From an uncultured Phycisphaerales bacterium (GTDB lineage: Bacteria > Planctomycetota > Phycisphaerae > Tepidisphaerales > Tepidisphaeraceae): a stretch of DNA of 64,000 nucleotides. Below are positions 1 to 15,751 of this stretch, piece by piece (the first letter of the stretch is position 1; the number at the start of each line of letters is the position of its first letter). The notes below the pieces were generated by a model. The model ran no database searches and was not told the origin of the DNA. It was given only the letters and a program-made list of their open reading frames with translations. Made by a program: the position numbers and the translations under genes. Location: positions 64,001-128,000 of the forward strand of contig CAWJPJ010000001.1 of assembly GCA_963844715.1 (NCBI GenBank), given 5' to 3'.

Positions 1-2600
1 TCAGCCCTAGTTCTTCGGCCAGCTTTGCGGGAACGTCGCTGGTGTTGCGGCACTTGGGGTATCCGCTGCAGCCGAGGAATTTACCCTTTCGGCCGTCGCG
101 GATGAGCATCGGTTTGCCGCATTCGTCGCAGTCGATGTCGGTGGTGATGGGGCCCACTTTGATGGCCGCCGCGGGCATCTGGCCGCCGGTGAGTTTCATG
201 ACCATCTCATTGGCCTTGGATTGACCTTCCTTGAGCGCGGGGATCAGCGCTTCGACGAGTTTCAGATTCTCGGCGTCCAATTTGGCGACTTGCCGCGTGG
301 CCCGGCATTTGGGGAAAGCGCTGCAACCGAGGAACGGCCCGCGCTTGCTGTCGCGGAGGATCATGGAACTGCCGCATTTTTCGCATTTCACCGGCGTGAC
401 GATCTTGGTCTTCGGCGGGAGGGGTTTCCCCTCCTTGTCGAGATTGAGAATGGTTTCGCACTCGCGCGTGCCGTCGGGTTTTTTGACGTTGTAGCCGGTG
501 CAGCCGAGGAACTCGCCGAAGCGCCGCGCCATCTTCCGCATTTCGCGCCGCAGTTGGGGCACTTGAATTCGCTCTTTTCCTGCATCTTCGGCTTCCCCTG
601 CTTGTCGACGGATTTGATCCCGTCGCACTCGGGGTAATTGCTGCACGAGAGGAAGAACCCGTTCTTGCTGATGCGGTAGACCATCGGCTTGCCGCACTTG
701 TCGCAGGTGTATTTCGAGGGCGTCCCGCCGGCGTGCTCGAGCTTGTCCAGCGCCGAGTCCACCGTCTTGTGGAACGGTCCGTAGAATTCCTTGAGGAGCT
801 TGATCCAGTCGAGGTGTTTCTCCTCGATTTCGTCGAGCTTGCCTTCCATGCCGGCGGTGAATTGCACGTCCATGATCTCGGGGAACGCCTGCATCAATTT
901 GTCGGTGACGATCGACCCAAGCATCGTCGCGTGGAACCGGCGGTCGATCTGCTCGACGTATTCGCGGTCCTGGATTGTTGAAATGATCGAGGCGTAGGTG
1001 CTGGGCCGGCCGATGCCGAGGCGCTCCAGTTCCTTCACCAGCGTCGCCTCGCTGAAACGCGGGGGCGGCTGCGTGAAGTGCTGCGTGGGCGTGATCTCGA
1101 TCGGGAAGACCGGCGAACCCTGCGGCAATTCCGGCAGCAGCTGATCCTCGCTCGATATGCCCGCAACTTTCATATAACCGTCGAAGACAAGTTTGCGGCC
1201 CGATGCCTTGAAGATGGCCTCGCCGTCCTTGGTTGGAGCGGCAATCTGGACGGTCGTCGCATCGAATTGAGCCGGCGGCATCTGGCAGGCGACGAAACGA
1301 TTCCAGACAAGCTGGTAAACGCGGTAATCGTCGCCCCCGAGTTTGGCATGAGCCTCGGCGGGCGTGAACGCCGCGTCCGTGGGGCGAATCGCCTCGTGAG
1401 CTTCCTGGGCCTCTTGCCGGAGGCGTATGTATTCGGAGATTCCGGCAGATATTTGGCGCCAAATTCCTTTTCAATGAATCCGCGAACCATGGTGAGCGCG
1501 TTGGCGGACAGATTGGAACTGTCCGTTCGCATGTAGGTAATGTGCCCGGCCTCATAGAGACCCTGGGCGATGCGCATCGTGGCGCTGGCGCCAAATCCGA
1601 GCCGGCTGCTGGCGGCCTGCTGGAGCGTGCTGGTGATGAACGGAGCCGGGGGCTTGCTGGTCACGCGCTTCCGCTCGATTGACTTGACCGTCATCTTCGG
1701 CGGCTTGCCGATGGAACCGATATAAACCGTCGGATGCCGCGCCGGGCCCTTTTCATCGGCGTCCTCGGTCGTCTCCTCGTTCTTGAGGACCCAGCCGAGC
1801 AGTTCCGCCGCGCGGCGCACGGCGGCTTTGTTGTCCGGCTCGAATTTCTTCCCGCCGATTTCCGCGAGTTCGGCAACGAACGCCGCGTGCTCCGCGAGCC
1901 ATTTGTCTTTTTCAATCTTGGTGCGCTCGCCGTTGCCGGTGTTGGTCAAAAATTCGCCCCACTGCCGTGCCAAGTCCGCGACCTTGGCGCCGTTGGCCGT
2001 AAGGACCGAGCCGATTTTCCAGAACTCCGCGGGCACGAACGCCTCGATGGCCCGCTCGCGCTCGACGATCAACCGCACGGCGACCGATTGGACGCGCCCC
2101 GCCGACAGCCCCCGGGCGACCTTGCGCCAAAGCAGCGGGCTGATTTCGTAACCGACGATCCGGTCGAGGATCCGCCGCGCCTGCTGGGCGTTGACGCGAT
2201 CGATATCGATGGAATGCGGCTTCTGGAACGCCTTTTGAATTTCGCTCTTGGTGATGGCGTTGAAGATGACGCGGAAGACCCGCTCGTCCGGGATGCCGAG
2301 GGTTTCCTTCAAATGCCAGGCAATCGCCTCGCCCTCGCGGTCCAAGTCGGTTGCGAGATAGATCTTGTCGCTTTCCTTGGCCAGCTTTTTGAGTTCCCCG
2401 ATGACCTTGGAGCGGCTTTCCAGGACTTCGTAGTCCGGCTCAAACGTCGTGAGATCGACCCCCATCCCCTTGCTGGGCAGGTCGCGGACGTGGCCCATGC
2501 TCGCTTTTACGACATAGTCGTTGCCGAGGTACTTATTGATGGTCTTCGCCTTGGCGGGCGATTCGACGATGACAAGATGTTTTCCGGTCTTACGCACCAT
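1..2600 (-). CDS. topA: DNA topoisomerase I (type IA) with C-terminal zinc-ribbon repeats; runs off the left window edge; apparent frameshifts near ~1410 and ~540
   Basis: TOPRIM start [39 protein letters not shown], active-site [17 protein letters not shown], and repeated C..CGKPM / FLGCSGYP zinc ribbons, spread over ORFs 1170-2600, 388-1281 and further frames. Confidence 0.97.
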
Positions 2601-2930
2601 AGTTTGTTGTCTACTTATTTATTGCCACCAGACTCCATTCTTGAGGCTCGTATCGACCTTCCTCCCATAACTCTTCAGCAAAACCCCAGCAAAGGGGCGG
2701 GCAGTCTGTAGACCAAACCACGGGCTGTCAAGCCGGGTTTGGCTCCAAACGCCCATGCAGCGGTACGCCGGGGGGAAAAATAGGTTCATTTCCTACTGCG
2801 CAAAACGGGCCAAATATGCCGTTTCGAACATGAATCTAAGATCATTTCAAATAATGATTTATGTGATCAGTTTGCCGGAATTTGATAAATCATTCCCCCT
2901 ACCCCCGCCCTAACGGCCGGAAGGCCCATC

Positions 2931-2967
2931 AAAAAAAATATGGCCCCGCATTGTTTTTGCGGGGCCA
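2931..2967 (-). terminator. Intrinsic terminator downstream of rpoC
   Basis: Perfect 10-bp stem TGGCCCCGCA/TGCGGGGCCA (2941-2967) next to an A8 tract (U tract on the minus strand), ~30 nt after the rpoC stop. Confidence 0.8.
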
Positions 2968-2999
2968 CTTGCATGCAAGATTCAGTCAAAAAGGTGTAA

Positions 3000-7425
<4,426 letters not shown>

Positions 7426-7497
7426 GATCGTCTTCTTTCCTAAAAGCCACAGGCGTCTTGCCCGCGATTTATCTCATCACCGTTACGCTGATTTCCG

Positions 7498-10400
7498 TCA
7501 CATCAGATCCGCATCCTCTTCCTCGCGGCTGGCGCCCTTCTTCTTCTCCAGCTGAATATTGAGACCCAGCCCGCGGATTTCGTTGCAGAGGACGTCGAAG
7601 CTGACCGGTGTGCCGGCTTCGAGCGTGTTGGTGCCTTTGACCATGCTTTCGTAAATCTTCGTGCGGCCTTCCACGTCGTCGCTCTTGACGGTGAGCAGTT
7701 CCTGGAGGACGTAGGAAGCGCCGTAGGCCTCGAGGCCCCAGACTTCCATTTCGCCGAAACGCTGTCCGCCGGTGCGGGCCTTGCCGCCGAGCGGCTGCTG
7801 CGTGATCAGCGAATAGGGGCCGGTGGCGCGGGCGTGAATCTTGTCGTCGACAAGATGGTGCAGCTTCATCATGTAGATGTAGCCGACGGTCGTCTTCTGC
7901 TCGAAGCGTTCGCCGGTGCGCCCGTCGACGAGCTGAATCTTTCCGCCCCACGGCATGACGATGTCCAGCTCGTGCTCGCCGACCGACTTGTGATCGGTCT
8001 TGCGAGTCTTGCGGCGATTCTGAATCGCCACGTTCGCCTCGTCCATGGTGGCGTGGATTTCATCTTCCGTCGCGCCGTCGAAGACCGGCGTGGTCGCCTG
8101 CTGACCGAGGACCGCCATCGCCCAGCCGAGGTGCGTCTCCAGGATCTGGCCGACGTTCATACGGCTCGGCACGCCCAGGGGATTCAGCAGAATCTCCACC
8201 GGCGTTCCGTCCTCGAGGAACGGCATATCTTCCTCGGGCACGATGCGGGCGATAACGCCCTTGTTACCGTGCCGCCCGGCCATCTTGTCGCCGACGCTCA
8301 GTTGGCGCTTGGTGGCGACGTAGACCTTCACCATTTCCAGCACGCCGCTGGGAAGCTCGTCGCCGCGCTTCATGTGCTCCATGCGGCGATTCTTTTCCTT
8401 CAGGACGGCCTGCACGCGCGGCCAGAAACGGCTGTGCGTGTTGATCGCCTGTTCCTTGGCTTCCTTGCTCCCCTTGATCCAATCAGGGGCGAATTTTTCA
8501 ACCTGCTCGAGAATGACGTCGGCGTTTTCCGATTGTCCGACCTTCTGGCGGGTGCCCGGGTCAACCATCGGCTGGCCGCTCACTTCGTTGATCTCCGCGA
8601 TCATCTGCTTGAAGATCGCGATCGCCCGCTGATTCATTTCCTTTTCGTAGCGGTCGATGTCCTTCTTCAGCGCCTTCTTCTGATCGTCCGTCATGTGCAT
8701 GCGGCGGCTGAAGCGCTGGGTGTTGATCACCACGCCTTCCTCGCCGGCAGGCATCTCCAGGGAATCGTTCTTCACGTCCTCGCCGGCGCGGCCGAAGATG
8801 GCGTGCAGGAGTTTTTCTTCCGGCGTCAGTTCGCTCTTGCTCTTGGGGGCGATTTTACCGACCAGGATATCGCCCGGCCCGACGCGCGTTCCCACGCGCA
8901 CCACGCCGTTCTCATCCAGATTCGCCAGCGCCCTTTCCGAGACGTTGGGGATATCGCGAGTGAATTCCTCGCGGCCGAGCTTGGTCTCGCGGATTTCCAC
9001 ATCGTATTGCTCGATGTGGATCGACGTGAACGCGTCGTTCTTCACCAGCCGCTGGCTGATGACGATGGCGTCCTCGAAGTTGTAGCCATCATAAGTCATG
9101 AACGCGACCAGCACGTTTCGGCCCAGGGCCAGTTCGCCCAGATGCGTGGCCGCGCCGTCGGCGATGATCTGCCCGCGCTTCGACGCGCTGGCCTTTCTTC
9201 ACCACCGGCTTCTGATTGAGGCACGTGCGCTCGTTGAGCCCGACGAATTTGCGCAGGACGTATTCATCCGCGTTATCCACCAGGATTCGCGATGAATCGA
9301 CGTACGTAATGACTCCGCCGCGTTCGGCGCGGACGACCATGCCGCTGTTCTGAGCGACCGGGCGTTCCATGCCGGTGGCGACGATCGGCGGGTCGGTCCG
9401 CAGAAGCGGAACCGCCTGGCGCTGCATGTTGCTGCCCATCAAAGCGCGGTTGGCGTCGTCGTGTTCGAGGAACGGAATCAGCGCCGCCGAGACCGAAACC
9501 GTCTGGCGCGGGCTGATATCGACGTACTGCACATCGCGGCTCGGCACCGTCGCCAGGTCTCCCTGCACACGGGCCAGAACAAGCCCCTTGCGCAGCGAGT
9601 GATCCTTTTCGACAACATCCGGCGGGGCGAGGATGGATTTCATCTCCTCGTCGGCGCAGATACTTGTGATCGCCGTTGACCTTTCCTTCCTTGACCACGC
9701 GGTAAGGCGTGATCAGGAAGCCGTACTCGTCGATGTCGCTGTAAATGGAGAGCGACGCGATCAACCCGATGTTGGTCCCTTCAGGGGTTTCGATCGGGCA
9801 GATTCGGCCGTAGTGCGAAATGTGCACGTCGCGCACTTCGAACCCGGCTCGCTTGCGGTTCAAGCCGCCCGGCCCAAGGGCCGAGAGACGCCGTTCGTGA
9901 GTGAGCTGACTGAGCGGATTCGTCTGGTCGACCACCTGCGAAAGCTCGCCGCGGCCGAAGAAGAAGTCGATCGAGCTGCTGATGCTCTTGGAGTTCACCA
10001 GTTCTGCGATGCGGCCCAGTTCGTTCGGGTCCTTCAGGCTCATGCGCTCCTGAACGGTGCGCTTCAGCTTCAGGAATCCCTTGCGAAGTTCCTCGGCCGC
10101 CAGTTCGTCAATCGTGCGCAGACGACGATTCCCTAAATGGTCGATGTCGTCCACATAACCTTCGCCGCTACGCAGCTTGAACATGTACTTCAGCGAATTG
10201 ACCAGATCCTCGCTGCGGAGGGTCATAACCGTTTCCGGAACGTTCTGGTCGAATTTGCGGTTGATGCGGAAGCGCCCGACCCGGCCAAGGCGATAACGGT
10301 TCTCGTCGAAGAACTTTTCCTCGAAGAGGGTCTGCGCCTTGTCGAGCTGCGGCGGGTTACCGGGACGCAGCCGGGCGTAAATCTTCAGCAGCGCGTTCTG

Positions 10401-11289
10401 ATGCTCGTTGTGATCCTTGGAGGCAGTGATGTTGTCTTCGGCCAGGGTATTGAGGATCAGCGGATCGGTCAGTTTGGTGACCACCTCGACGTGTTTGAGG
10501 TTGCTCGCCTGGATTTTGTTGATGGCCTCGCCGATCTGGGCGCCGGCCTTGACCAGTTCCTCGCCGCTTTCGGTATCGATGATCGCCGAGGCTGCGTAGT
10601 ACGAGGCCTGGAGCTGCCCGACCTTGACGGTTTCAACCTGATAAAACTCACGAATGATCGCCTCGGTGGTCCCGTATTTGGGATCGAGGGCCCGCAGGAA
10701 GGTTGTTGCCGGAATCTTGCTGCTCTGGTCGATGCGGACGGCCAGGGCGTCTTTCTTGGTGACCGAGCATTCGATCCAGCTTCCGCGCCTCCGGGATGAC
10801 GCGGCAGCCGTGCAGCGGGCGGTCGCCTTCCTGGACTTCAACGAGGAAGTCCACGCCGGGAGACCTGTGCAGCTGGTTCACGATGACGCGCTCGGCGCCA
10901 TTGATGATGAACTCGCCCCCGCCAATCATGATGGGGATTTCGCCGAGGTAGATCGAATCCTCGACCACCTCGTCCTTGTCCTTTCGGACGAAGCGCACCT
11001 TGATGCGGAAGGGCATCCCGAACGTCAGCCGCAGAGCGCGGCATTCGTCGGTGGTGTATCGCGGCTCGGAGAGCTCGTAGCTGATGTATTCCAGACGGAG
11101 ATTCCCGTCGTAGCTCTCGATGGGGAAGACCTCGCGCAGAAGGGCCTCGAGGCCCTCGTTCTTGCGAGCTTCCGGCTTCGCGTCCTTCTGCAGAAACCTC
11201 TGGTACGAGAGGATCTGGATAGCGATCAAATTGGGGATCGGAAGGGTATCCCCACGCTTACTGAAATCGCGCGGCTCGTAGACTTGCAT
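7498..11289 (-). CDS. rpoB: RNA polymerase beta subunit; apparent frameshifts near ~10790, ~9655 and ~9180
   Basis: [72 protein letters not shown] across four ORF pieces. Confidence 0.99.
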
Positions 11290-11572
11290 CCGTTATTTCC
11301 TTTTCACAAGCCCAAGAAACTGAATGGTTTGCGATGTTTCGACAAAATGAGCCGCCTTACCCTGATAAAGTGAAGCGGCTTTTGTCCTTAGGCCCAGTTC
11401 ATCCAGTATGAGCCCGTATTCGTTCTAAGTTTAGCAACAGTAACGACTAAAGTTCACGTCCCGGTGGCAAAATAGCAAACGGCCACACCTCTCCCATCTC
11501 GTCCGATCTGGAAGATTCGTGGCTTTCCACCGAGATTATTTAGTGCCTTTTTCCAAAAGCGACTGTGCTAGA

Positions 11573-11601
11573 AGGATAGATACCCCTCCGTGGGTTGTCA
11601 A
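11573..11601 (-). promoter_or_regulatory. Putative sigma70 promoter for rpoBC
   Basis: Minus strand TTGACA-N17-TATCCT, just after the rplL terminator. Confidence 0.6.
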
Positions 11602-11650
11602 ATAAAATCCTCGCCCGAGGCCCAGAGAGGTGGTCTCCCTGGGCCTCGGG
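11600..11650 (-). terminator. Intrinsic terminator after rplL
   Basis: 12-bp stem CCCGAGGCCCAG/CTGGGCCTCGGG (11614-11650) followed on the minus strand by TTTTATTT. Confidence 0.65.
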
Positions 11651-11659
11651 GATAGATAT

Positions 11660-12061
11660 CTACTTGAGTTCAACAGTCGCGCCCTGCTCTTCAAGCTCCT
11701 TCTTAAGCTTGTCGGCGTCAGCCTTGGGGAGCGCTTCCTTGACCGTCTTCGGTGCTCCCTCAACCAAGTCCTTGGCTTCCTTGAGCCCAAGATTGGTCGC
11801 GGCACGCACCACCTTGATGACGTTGATCTTCTTGTCGCCCGCCGCCTTGAGAACCACGTCGAACGTGGTCTTCTCTTCGGCAGGCGCGGCCGCGCCGCGC
11901 GCAGCGCCGGCTCCGCCTGCGGCAACCATGACCGCGCCACCGGCGGCGGCCTCGATGCCGTGGGCATCCTTGAGATACGCGGCGATCTCAACCGCTTGCT
12001 TCAGGGTCAGTCCCGCCAACTTATCTCCCAGTTCCTTGATATCAGCAGTTACTTCAGCCAT
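11660..12061 (-). CDS. rplL: 50S ribosomal protein L7/L12
   Basis: Ala/Gly hinge, [30 protein letters not shown]. Confidence 0.98.
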   Translation of the reverse strand: MAEVTADIKELGDKLAGLTLKQAVEIAAYLKDAHGIEAAAGGAVMVAAGGAGAARGAAAPAEEKTTFDVVLKAAGDKKINVIKVVRAATNLGLKEAKDLVEGAPKTVKEALPKADADKLKKELEEQGATVELK

Positions 12062-12186
12062 GACGTCCATCTCCAGGCCGTGACGTGGCCCAAACGTGTC
12101 GAGTTCATCCCGCCGTCAATGCCCGCCTCACATCGAAGCGGTTTAACCCCGCAGGGGCATCGGCAGCCGCCGGATTGCTTGTATCG

Positions 12187-12744
12187 TTAGGCTTGCGCCT
12201 CCGCAGGCGCCGCCGCTGGTGCGGCCTTGGCAGCCTTTTCTTCGATCGTCTTCAATATCGCGCCCAGCTTTCCGCCAGGGCCCTTGATCGCCCCAGCCAG
12301 CTTGCGGCCCGGGCCGAGGAGCGCGGCGACGATGGTCGCGACAGCTTCCTCGCGTGTGGGGAATTTACTGACCTGCTCGACGCCTTTTTCGCCCGCGTAG
12401 ATTTCCCCGTCGAAAAAGATGCCGCGAAGGTCGAGCTTTTCGTCGCTTTTCTTGGCCTCAATCAGCAGGCGGGCGATCGCGGAAATGCTCGCTTTCCCAA
12501 AGATCACGGCGCTGGGGCCGTCGAGCAGTTTGTCGAAGCCTTTCAGTTTGCTCTTTTCAGTGGCGCGGCGGGCGAGGGTGTTCTTCACAACCTTCATCTT
12601 CAGGCCCTTTTCGCGCAGCTTGCGGCGGAGCTGATTGTTCTTGATGCCATTTACGCCGCTGGGGCTCAGCACCGCCACCGATTCCACGCCCTCGAACGCC
12701 GCGGCGAATTCTTTTTCGATCAGACTTTTGACTTTCTTACTCAT
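12187..12744 (-). CDS. rplJ: 50S ribosomal protein L10
   Basis: LRRKLREKGLKMKVVKNTLARRA, SKFPTREE; lies between rplA and rplL. Confidence 0.96.
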   Translation of the reverse strand: MSKKVKSLIEKEFAAAFEGVESVAVLSPSGVNGIKNNQLRRKLREKGLKMKVVKNTLARRATEKSKLKGFDKLLDGPSAVIFGKASISAIARLLIEAKKSDEKLDLRGIFFDGEIYAGEKGVEQVSKFPTREEAVATIVAALLGPGRKLAGAIKGPGGKLGAILKTIEEKAAKAAPAAAPAEAQA

Positions 12745-12757
12745 GGTTTCACCTGCT

Positions 12758-13450
12758 TTACGCGACGTTGAGGTAAACGGCCGGTGTCATCGTGCCCTTG
12801 AGCACGACCTTCCTGATGAAAACGCCCTTGGAACTTTGCGGCTTCATCTTGTGAATCTGCCCGACCATGGCGTTGATGTTGTCCAGCAGCTTCTGCTTGT
12901 CGAAGCTCATTTTCCCGACGACCGTGTGCACGTTTCCGCCCGCGTCGTTGCGAAATTCCACTTTACCGGCCGCGTATTCCTTGACGGCGGCGGCGATGTC
13001 CGCGGTAACGGTGCCGGCCTTGGGAGACGGCATCAGGCCCTTGGGCCCGAGGACTTTTCCCAATCGTCCGACGAAACGCATCATGTCCGGCGTGGCGATC
13101 GCGACGTCAAAATCCGTGAAGTTTTCCTTTTCGATCGCCTGCACGAGGTCCTGCCCCCCGGCCCGCACCGCGCCCGCCGCGGTGGCGGCAGCGACGAGAT
13201 GATCGGGACAGAACGCGACGACGCGCTTCGCCTTGCCGATCCCGTGCGGGAGCGACAGCGAGCCGCGGATCATCTGATCCGCCTGCTTGGCGTCGATTCC
13301 GAGTGAAAAGATCAATTCGACCGACTGATCGAACTTCGTCGGGGCAAAGGTCTTGAGCGTATCAACGCCCTTGTCCGCGGAGACCAACTCCTGCGAAGCC
13401 TTCTTGGCGGTTTCTCGATATCGCTTGGATCGTTTGACAATGACAGGCAT
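12758..13450 (-). CDS. rplA: 50S ribosomal protein L1
   Basis: KFDQSVEL, DQMIRGSLSLPHGIGK, LGKVLGPKGLMPSPKAGTV. Confidence 0.98.
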   Translation of the reverse strand: MPVIVKRSKRYRETAKKASQELVSADKGVDTLKTFAPTKFDQSVELIFSLGIDAKQADQMIRGSLSLPHGIGKAKRVVAFCPDHLVAAATAAGAVRAGGQDLVQAIEKENFTDFDVAIATPDMMRFVGRLGKVLGPKGLMPSPKAGTVTADIAAAVKEYAAGKVEFRNDAGGNVHTVVGKMSFDKQKLLDNINAMVGQIHKMKPQSSKGVFIRKVVLKGTMTPAVYLNVA

Positions 13451-13472
13451 GATTTCATTCGCTCCGAAAAAG

Positions 13473-13505
13473 AAGCTCCCACTGTTCAAGCCCGTGGTTC
13501 GGCTT
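13473..13505 (-). promoter_or_regulatory. Candidate L1-binding autoregulatory RNA element upstream of rplA
   Basis: Minus strand AAGC-CGAA-CCAC...GTGG-GA-GCTT forms two stems around an asymmetric internal loop with the GTGGGAG/ACCAC signature. Confidence 0.5.
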
Positions 13506-13518
13506 TCAGCAGTTACTG

Positions 13519-13773
13519 TTACGCCGCGGATTTCCCGCGTCTTGATCTTCCGTTTCCGCCTTCCCGTCGGGAAAGCTTGGTGATGTGAAGCAGGTCGATG
13601 ATCTCTTCACGATCTTCCTTTTTTGACGTCGCCACCATAATCACTCTCCGGCTCGGATGAAGCCAGGCGAATTCCGGCGACCGCACGGTAACGACCTCTC
13701 CATCTGACGTATGGATCTCAAACGGCCGAAACGGCTGTTCCTCCAACATGGCTTCCAGTCGTTGCACCGTCAT
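13519..13773 (-). CDS. Small hypothetical protein (84 aa) inserted between rplK and rplA
   Basis: MTVQRLEAMLEEQPFRPFEIHTSDGEVVTVRSPE...; ATG 13 nt after the rplK stop, same strand; resembles a 'QPFRPFxIxxxDG...V.xPE' small-protein family I recall from Planctomycetes. Confidence 0.8.
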   Translation of the reverse strand: MTVQRLEAMLEEQPFRPFEIHTSDGEVVTVRSPEFAWLHPSRRVIMVATSKKEDREEIIDLLHITKLSRREGGNGRSRRGKSAA

Positions 13774-13786
13774 AGGCCACCCAGGA

Positions 13787-14215
13787 CTATCCTTCGACCG
13801 TGATACCCATGCTCCGGGCAGTCCCGGCGATGATTCTCGCCGCGTGATCTTCATCAAACGCGTTGAGATCCTTGATCTTCTCCTTGGCGATGGCCTTGCA
13901 CTGGGCCATCGTGAGTTTTCCAATTTTATTCTTGTTCGGCTCGCCGCTCCCCTTCTCGGCCTTGACGGCATCCTTGAGAAGTACGCTGGCCGGCGGGCTT
14001 TTGAGTTCGATGTCGAACGTTCGGTCCTTATATACCGTGACGAGACAGCCGATCACTTTCCCCTTCATATGGGCGGACATCGCGTTGAAGCGCTGAATGA
14101 ACTGCCCGGGGTTAACGCCGTGCTGGCCGAGCGCGGGACCGATGGGGGGCGCGGGGGTCGCGGACCCGCCCGGGGCCTGAAGCTTGAACTGCACGGTAAT
14201 CTCTTTTTTGGCCAT
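13787..14215 (-). CDS. rplK: 50S ribosomal protein L11
   Basis: [26 protein letters not shown]. Confidence 0.99.
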
Positions 14216-14242
14216 AATTCGTCCCGATTTAAGGGGTCGAGG

Positions 14243-14271
14243 ATGCTACCAATCCGGGGCGCGATTGACAA
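14243..14271 (-). promoter_or_regulatory. Putative sigma70 promoter for rplK
   Basis: Minus strand TTGTCA-N17-TAGCAT, ~28 nt upstream of the rplK ATG. Confidence 0.55.
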
Positions 14272-14298
14272 GTTGCGATAATTAATCGGCTTCCAGGC

Positions 14299-14625
14299 TT
14301 ATTCAACGGGCTTTTCCGGAAGCGTCCCGCATTCGGGGCACCGGTCCGGCGAACCGCGCAAATCATACCCGCATTTAGCGCACCGGTTCGGATTCGGCTC
14401 CGGAAAGCACCAAATCATCAACCACGGAGCCCCGCGCAAAAGCCACGCCGCCGCCGCGCCCAGGACGACGATATCGATCCCATACGCCAAGAGACTGTCG
14501 GCAATCGAGAAATGGGAGACCCCGAAAATCGAGGCGATGAATCCACAGAGGTACAAAAGAGCCTGATACGCCAGGAAGAGCCCGGCGATACGCACGAGGA
14601 TTCCGAAAATATCCTTCGGCTTCAT
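14299..14625 (-). CDS. Small two-TM membrane protein with C-terminal zinc ribbon
   Basis: Two hydrophobic segments followed by CAKCGYDLRGSPDRCPECG. Confidence 0.8.
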   Translation of the reverse strand: MKPKDIFGILVRIAGLFLAYQALLYLCGFIASIFGVSHFSIADSLLAYGIDIVVLGAAAAWLLRGAPWLMIWCFPEPNPNRCAKCGYDLRGSPDRCPECGTLPEKPVE

Positions 14626-14702
14626 GGCGCGATTCTACCATCGTGTCCGGAAATCACGGGAGATTTTATTTTCGCGCCGGTGGAGCGTAGAATCGGCTTG
14701 GC

Positions 14703-15672
14703 ATGAGCGACCCGATGGTGATCTGGTGCAACGCGCGGTTGCCCGCCGAAGCCATGGCGGAATTGTCCGCCGGGACGCGGCAACATCGACTCATCATTGC
14801 CACCCAGTTGACCGGCAATCTGTCGGCAGGACCGCCCGATCCGCAATTGGGCCACGCGTCCATCGCGCTCGGCCAGCCCGATGTGAAGCAGATCATCGAA
14901 TTGGGAAACCTCGCCTGGGTGCATCTGACCAGCGCGGGCTACGCTCGCTACGATCGGCCGGACGTTCGCCAGGCACTGCAAGCGCGCGGCGCGAGGATGA
15001 CCAACAGCTCCTCTGTGTTCGCCGATCCCTGTGCGCAGCATGTTCTGGCTTTAATGCTTGCCGACGCTCGTCAGATTCCTCGGTGCGTCACGGACCAGGA
15101 GCATCGCACTGGCAGACCATTCCAATCCGCCAAGCGTCGCGGCTGCTCACCGGCGCACGATTCTCGTCCTCGGCATGGGAGCGATTGCCCGCCGATTGAT
15201 GGAACTCCTCGCGCCGTTTCAGCCGAAGCTGATCGTGGTCAGAAAAACCGTTCGCGGGGATGAGCCGGTCGAGACCCACGCGAATTCGGAACTCCCCAAG
15301 TTGCTTCCCCGAGCCGATCATGTCGTGAACATCCTCCCGAGCACCCCCGAAACCGACGGCTTCTTCAAATCCGATCTGTTCGCGCAGATGAAACCCGGCG
15401 CGGTTTTCTACAACATCGGCCGTGGAACGACCGCGGACGAAGACGCCCTGGCCGCCGCCCTGAAATCCAATCATTTGCGAGCGGCTTATCTCGATGTGAC
15501 CAACCCCGAACCGCTCCCGCCGGATCATCCCCTGTGGTCCGCGCCGAATTGCCACATCACCCCCCACACCGCAGGCGGCCATGGCGAGGAGTTCGTCTAT
15601 ACGGTGCGGCATTTCCTGGCGAACCTGAAAAGATACGAATCCGCCCAGCCGCTCCTCGACCGCGTGATCTGA
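14703..15672 (+). CDS. D-isomer-specific 2-hydroxyacid dehydrogenase (NAD-binding); apparent frameshift near ~15110-15150
   Basis: WVHLTSAGY, VLGMGAIA, YNIGRG, AYLDVTNPEPLP, ITPHTAG. Confidence 0.9.
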
Positions 15673-15751
15673 TTGCCAATGAGCTGTCTTCATCTGATTT
15701 TCACCCGCGTCCAATATCTTTTGCGTTTCCTTCCCGGTTAAAATCCGCGGC

